Shown: one piece after another, positions 60,105 through 64,000 of the stretch | Layout: the number at the start of each line of letters is the position of its first letter | How positions within the stretch are numbered: position 1 is the first letter of the stretch | NCBI GenBank assembly: GCA_937929835.1 | Contig: CALFUU010000035.1 | Span: forward strand, 10,940 to 74,939 | Reading direction: 5' to 3' | Origin: an uncultured Saprospiraceae bacterium | GTDB lineage: Bacteria; Bacteroidota; Bacteroidia; Chitinophagales; Saprospiraceae | Length of the DNA stretch: 64,000 bases | Position numbers and translations under genes: made by a program | The notes under the pieces: model-generated | The model's input: only the letters and a program-made list of their open reading frames with translations | What the model was told of the DNA's origin: nothing | Databases searched by the model: none

Positions 60105-60371
60105 TTATTTTCTATTTCCTTGGTGACCTTTGTACGTCCTAGTCGGAGAGAATTCACCCAACTTATGACCTACCATATTCTCCGTCACATATACAGGAAT
60201 AAATGTTTTTCCATTATGAACCGCAATCGTCACTCCAACCATATCAGGGATAACCATTGATGATCTTGACCAAGTCTTAATTACAGACTTCTTTGATGAC
60301 TCTTGTGCTTTTGCAACCTTCACTTGAAGCTTGTGAAACACGTAAGGCCCTTTCCTTAATGATCTAGCCAT
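60105..60371 (-). CDS. rpsS: 30S ribosomal protein S19
   Basis: [23 protein letters not shown]. Confidence 0.98.
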   Translation of the reverse strand: MARSLRKGPYVFHKLQVKVAKAQESSKKSVIKTWSRSSMVIPDMVGVTIAVHNGKTFIPVYVTENMVGHKLGEFSPTRTYKGHQGNRK

Positions 60372-61207
60372 TACTTGTTATTTGTTTTTCTTCTTGAAAT
60401 GATCAATTTGCTAGAATGCTTCTTAGTATTTCTAGTCTTCTGACCTTTTGCCATAACACCTGTTCTTGATCTAGGGTGACCTCCTGAAGCCTTACCTTCA
60501 CCACCACCCATCGGGTGATCAACTGGATTCATCGCTACACCTCTTACTCTAGGTCTTCTGCCTTTCCATCTGTTTCTACCAGCCTTTCCCATTACAGTAA
60601 GTCCGTGATCTGGATTAGATGTTGTACCTATCGTTGCCTTACAAGTCAATAAGATTCTTCTTACCTCACTACTCGGCATCTTAATGATAGCATACTTCCC
60701 TTCTCTACCCATAAGTGTAGCGTAGGTACCTGCACTTCTTGCCAACTGCGCTCCTTTACCAGGACTCATCTCAATAGCATGTATATCAGAACCTAGAGGG
60801 ATATCACTGAGATACATCGTATTGCCTACCTCTGGAGTAGCTTTTTTACCTGACACTATAGTCCCGCCGACTTTCAAGCCGTTAGGTGCCAATACATATC
60901 TCTTTTCAGAACCGAAATCTACTAGAGCTATGTATGCTGATCTATTCGGATCATACTCGATAGTCTCTACTGTGCCTGTGACACCTTCATTGTCTCTCTT
61001 GAAGTCAATGATCCTAAACTTCTTTTTATGACCACCACCGATGTTTCTAACTGTCATCTTTCCGTCGTGGTTTCTACCACCAGACTTCTTGAGACCTACA
61101 GTCAGTTTCTTATATGGCTTGCTAGACTTACTCGTTAGTTCTGAGTAGGTGTTGCTTACGTGGTGTCTTAATCCCGGTGTTACTGGCTTATGCTTCTTAA
61201 CTGGCAT
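60371..61207 (-). CDS. rplB: 50S ribosomal protein L2
   Basis: [29 protein letters not shown]. Confidence 0.98.
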   Translation of the reverse strand: MPVKKHKPVTPGLRHHVSNTYSELTSKSSKPYKKLTVGLKKSGGRNHDGKMTVRNIGGGHKKKFRIIDFKRDNEGVTGTVETIEYDPNRSAYIALVDFGSEKRYVLAPNGLKVGGTIVSGKKATPEVGNTMYLSDIPLGSDIHAIEMSPGKGAQLARSAGTYATLMGREGKYAIIKMPSSEVRRILLTCKATIGTTSNPDHGLTVMGKAGRNRWKGRRPRVRGVAMNPVDHPMGGGEGKASGGHPRSRTGVMAKGQKTRNTKKHSSKLIISRRKTNNK

Positions 61208-61218
61208 CGTTCGTTATA

Positions 61219-61512
61219 TTAAACTTCTCCGAAAAAATCGATTTCCTCTCCATTCGCCAATTTGACGATGGCTTTCTTATAAGAGCTAATGTTTCCCTTC
61301 AAAACACCTGACTTGGTATTTCTAGTCTTGGCTTTACGTGGCATAACCAACGTATTGACAGATGAAACATTGACCGCGTACATTTCTTCTACAGCTTTTC
61401 TGATCTCTACTTTGTTAGCGCTCTTATTCACTACAAAAGAGTATTGACCTTTGTTACCTGACAGTAACTCCGCCTTCTCCGAAATGATTGGTTTTATTAA
61501 TATCTTCTTCAT
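61219..61512 (-). CDS. rplW: 50S ribosomal protein L23
   Basis: P.I.EK, ANK.EI..AVE, KKAIV.L. Confidence 0.96.
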   Translation of the reverse strand: MKKILIKPIISEKAELLSGNKGQYSFVVNKSANKVEIRKAVEEMYAVNVSSVNTLVMPRKAKTRNTKSGVLKGNISSYKKAIVKLANGEEIDFFGEV

Positions 61513-61519
61513 AACTTAA

Positions 61520-62146
61520 TTATGATAAGTTTTCTTTGATCTTAGTGATAGCGCTTTCCATCAAGAAAACATTCCCAGCTCTGAGTATATCCAAAGTGCT
61601 AATATTTGTCGCCTCCTTTATAGACGCAGACTTAATGTTTCTTGTAGAGAGCAACAAGTTCTTATCTGCATCTCCATAAACGAAGAGTGCTTTGGTGTTG
61701 CTAGCTTCTAGGCTATTGAGTACATTCTGAAACTCTTTAGTCTTAGGGGCATCAAAGCTGAAGTTTTCGACAACTTTAAGTGCGCCAGCACTTGCCTTTG
61801 CAGATAATGCTGATCTTCTTGCCAAAGCCTTAACCTTCTTGTTCAACTTGACAGTGTAAGTTCTTGGTCTAGGACCAAAAGCTCTACCCCCACCCTTGAA
61901 CAAAGGAGACTTTATGTTACCAGCTCTTGCTGTACCTGTTCCCTTTTGCTTCTTTATCTTCTTGGTAGATCCTTTGATCTCACCTCTTTCTTTAGACTTG
62001 TGTGTGCCTTGTCTAGCATTCGCTTGAATAGATTTTACATCTAGGTACACAGCGTGATCATTTGGCTCAATGCCAAATATGTTGTCTGGTAGATCTATAG
62101 ACCTTCCAGTGGTCTTTCCGTTTATTCCGTAAACTTCAACTTTCAT
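61520..62146 (-). CDS. rplD: 50S ribosomal protein L4
   Basis: RQGT...K.R.E, QKGTG.AR.G, GGG..FGP.PR. Confidence 0.97.
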   Translation of the reverse strand: MKVEVYGINGKTTGRSIDLPDNIFGIEPNDHAVYLDVKSIQANARQGTHKSKERGEIKGSTKKIKKQKGTGTARAGNIKSPLFKGGGRAFGPRPRTYTVKLNKKVKALARRSALSAKASAGALKVVENFSFDAPKTKEFQNVLNSLEASNTKALFVYGDADKNLLLSTRNIKSASIKEATNISTLDILRAGNVFLMESAITKIKENLS

Positions 62147-62153
62147 GATAGAT

Positions 62154-62774
62154 CTATTTTTCGATGACTACTAAAGCGCCTTTGTGCCCAGGCACTGACC
62201 CTTTGACCAACATTAAGTTTTTCTCTGCAAATATCTTGACGACGGTCAAATTGGTCGTCTTGACTCTTTTGCCACCCATTCTACCAGCCATTCTCGTGCC
62301 TTTATAGACCTTAGATGGTGTAGAACATGCGCCTATTGCTCCCGGTGCTCTTCCTCGATTGTGCTGACCGTGGGTGGCTTGACCCACACCGCCGAACTTA
62401 TGTCTTTTGACAACACCTTGGAAACCCTTTCCTTTTGATGTACCAATAGCACTGACGACATCGCCCTCTGCAAACACATCTTCTATAGTGACTTTATCAC
62501 CTTGCGCTTTCTCTATATCAGAGTTTCTGAATTCCATGACTTTCACCACAGATTTCAAACCTGCTCTCTTTAAATGACCTCCTAGAGCTTTGTTGATATT
62601 CTTCGGATTCTTCTCACCGAATGCCAATTGCAATGCAGAATATCCATCAGAGTCATCAGACTTAACCTGAGACACGACGTTCGGCGTTACTTCGATAACT
62701 GTACAAGGAATGTTTTTCCCTGCATCATCAAAGAAGCTGGTCATACCGATTTTCTTTCCTATTAATCCGTTCAT
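62154..62774 (-). CDS. rplC: 50S ribosomal protein L3
   Basis: [24 protein letters not shown]; start taken at ATG 62774. Confidence 0.97.
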   Translation of the reverse strand: MNGLIGKKIGMTSFFDDAGKNIPCTVIEVTPNVVSQVKSDDSDGYSALQLAFGEKNPKNINKALGGHLKRAGLKSVVKVMEFRNSDIEKAQGDKVTIEDVFAEGDVVSAIGTSKGKGFQGVVKRHKFGGVGQATHGQHNRGRAPGAIGACSTPSKVYKGTRMAGRMGGKRVKTTNLTVVKIFAEKNLMLVKGSVPGHKGALVVIEK

Positions 62775-62861
62775 ATACTGTACGTGATTTATATGCAAAC
62801 TAATATCAAGGACCACAATGGACCTTACATTAGTACTTTATTAAATATGTGAAAAGGGTGA

Positions 62862-63170
62862 TTAAGTGAGCTTGACCTGAATGTCTACCCCACTAGGTAA
62901 CTCGAGTTTTGACAATGCATCCACCGTCTTTTGAGTCGGCGTATAGATTTCTATGAGTCTCTTATGGGTCCTAAGAGAAAACTGCTCACGAGATTTTTTG
63001 TTTACATGCGGTGATCTGAGCACCGTATGAATTTCTTTATCCGTTGGCAGAGGAATCGGACCAGAGATCACAGCACCACTATTACGTACCGTTTTCACTA
63101 TCTTCTCAGTAGACTTATCAACTAGGTTGTAGTCGTAACTGCGAAGCTTTATTCTAATTTTTTGATTCAT
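62862..63170 (-). CDS. rpsJ: 30S ribosomal protein S10
   Basis: [23 protein letters not shown]. Confidence 0.98.
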   Translation of the reverse strand: MNQKIRIKLRSYDYNLVDKSTEKIVKTVRNSGAVISGPIPLPTDKEIHTVLRSPHVNKKSREQFSLRTHKRLIEIYTPTQKTVDALSKLELPSGVDIQVKLT

Positions 63171-63199
63171 AACCTTTTATATCCATTCGAAAAGGAGCG

Positions 63200-63231
63200 C
63201 AAATGTACGCTTAATTAATTGTTATAACAAA
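63200..63231 (-). promoter_or_regulatory. S10 operon promoter
   Basis: -33 TTTG (63231-63228), 20-nt spacer, -7 TACATTTG (63207-63200). Confidence 0.7.
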
Positions 63232-63244
63232 CACTAATTAAGGT

Positions 63245-64000
63245 TTATGCGCTAACTTCTCCTTTTGCTTTTTCAATAACTTCTTTTGCTACACTTTGCG
63301 GTGCTGCAGAATATCTGTCAAATGTCATCGTGCTGCTCGCTCTACCTGAGGTAATTGTTCTCAGTGAAGTCACATAACCAAACATTTCAGATAGTGGAAC
63401 ATCCGCCGAAATAACAACTGCTCCACCTGGTCTTGTATCTTGACCTTTAGGCAATCCTCTTCTTCGGTTGAGGTCACCAATCACAGATCCTACATACTCC
63501 TCTGGTGTCACTACCTCCAGTGCCATAATAGGCTCTAGAAGTACTGGCTTAGCAGATTTTGCTGCAGCCTTAAATCCTTCCTTAGCACAGAGCTCGAAAG
63601 CGATAGGCTTAGAATCCACGTTGTGTGTCGCTCCATCATAAAGCTTGACCTTCATAGAATCGATGCCATATCCAGCAAGGATTCCATTGTTCATCATTGC
63701 ATTGAAGCCTTTGACGATAGATGGGAAGAATTCTTTAGGGATTTTACCCCCTACAATTTTGTTTTCAAACTGAAGCTTAGTCTTACCAGCTTTGAAGTCA
63801 TCAGACTCTAGGAAATCCTCGTCTGCAGGCCCTAGCTCGAATGACATCTGAGCGAAAAGTCCAGATCCACCTGATTGCTTCTTAAGTCTCTCGTTGTGAT
63901 CAACTGTAGCAGTCAGTGCCTCTTTGTATGTTACTTGAGGAGCTCCTTGGTTACACTCAACCTTGAACTCTCTTTTAAGTCTGTCTATGATAATCTCAAG
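63245..64000 (-). CDS. fusA: elongation factor G (5' part outside window)
   Basis: KKQSGGSG.FA, DG..H.VDS..AF, LLEPIM..EV..PEEY.G, VPLSEMFGY...LR. Confidence 0.97.
   Translation of the reverse strand, partial: LEIIIDRLKREFKVECNQGAPQVTYKEALTATVDHNERLKKQSGGSGLFAQMSFELGPADEDFLESDDFKAGKTKLQFENKIVGGKIPKEFFPSIVKGFNAMMNNGILAGYGIDSMKVKLYDGATHNVDSKPIAFELCAKEGFKAAAKSAKPVLLEPIMALEVVTPEEYVGSVIGDLNRRRGLPKGQDTRPGGAVVISADVPLSEMFGYVTSLRTITSGRASSTMTFDRYSAAPQSVAKEVIEKAKGEVSA

Noticed and set aside
1..64000. tRNA or rRNA genes
   Set aside because: No cloverleaf/T-loop or rRNA signatures recognised by eye in the intergenic gaps; tRNAscan-SE would confirm.

Overview
A 64-kb core-genome segment from a Bacteroidota bacterium. 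Evidence for the phylum: TAnnTTTG '-7' promoter boxes, A-rich start contexts without Shine-Dalgarno sequences, and Bacteroidota-type gene order; protein style suggests Saprospirales (inference). The right quarter (48.1-64 kb) is the fusA-S10-spc-alpha ribosomal cluster on the minus strand. The rest is mostly housekeeping: metG, lon, folC, lipA, pfkA, coaX, purH, tdk, murQ, truA, sucD, eno, carA. No rRNA, tRNA, CRISPR array, integrase or transposase was recognised. Most interesting: (1) an AT-rich cassette at ~16.8-18.9 kb where an unannotated 20-aa hydrophobic/acidic peptide gene (MEIIKEILILLGIVEDTGDF, with its own terminator) is divergent from a 507-aa HTH-like plus TPR-like protein, with repeated operator-like boxes between them, resembling Rgg/SHP (RRNPP) peptide signalling but in a diderm; (2) the surrounding uncharacterised coiled-coil / SBP-OmpA / ABC module; (3) a promoter-plus-terminator unit at ~40.5 kb that looks like an unannotated sRNA; (4) several apparently leaderless genes, two of which have conserved N-termini with no ATG/GTG/TTG and seem to start at ATC; (5) a heptamer-built tandem repeat and an operator array upstream of an AAA+ ATPase; (6) odd proteins: a lipoprotein peptide deformylase, a degenerate Gfo/Idh/MocA protein and SucD with an extra helical tail. 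Family calls come from motif recognition by eye, not database searches.
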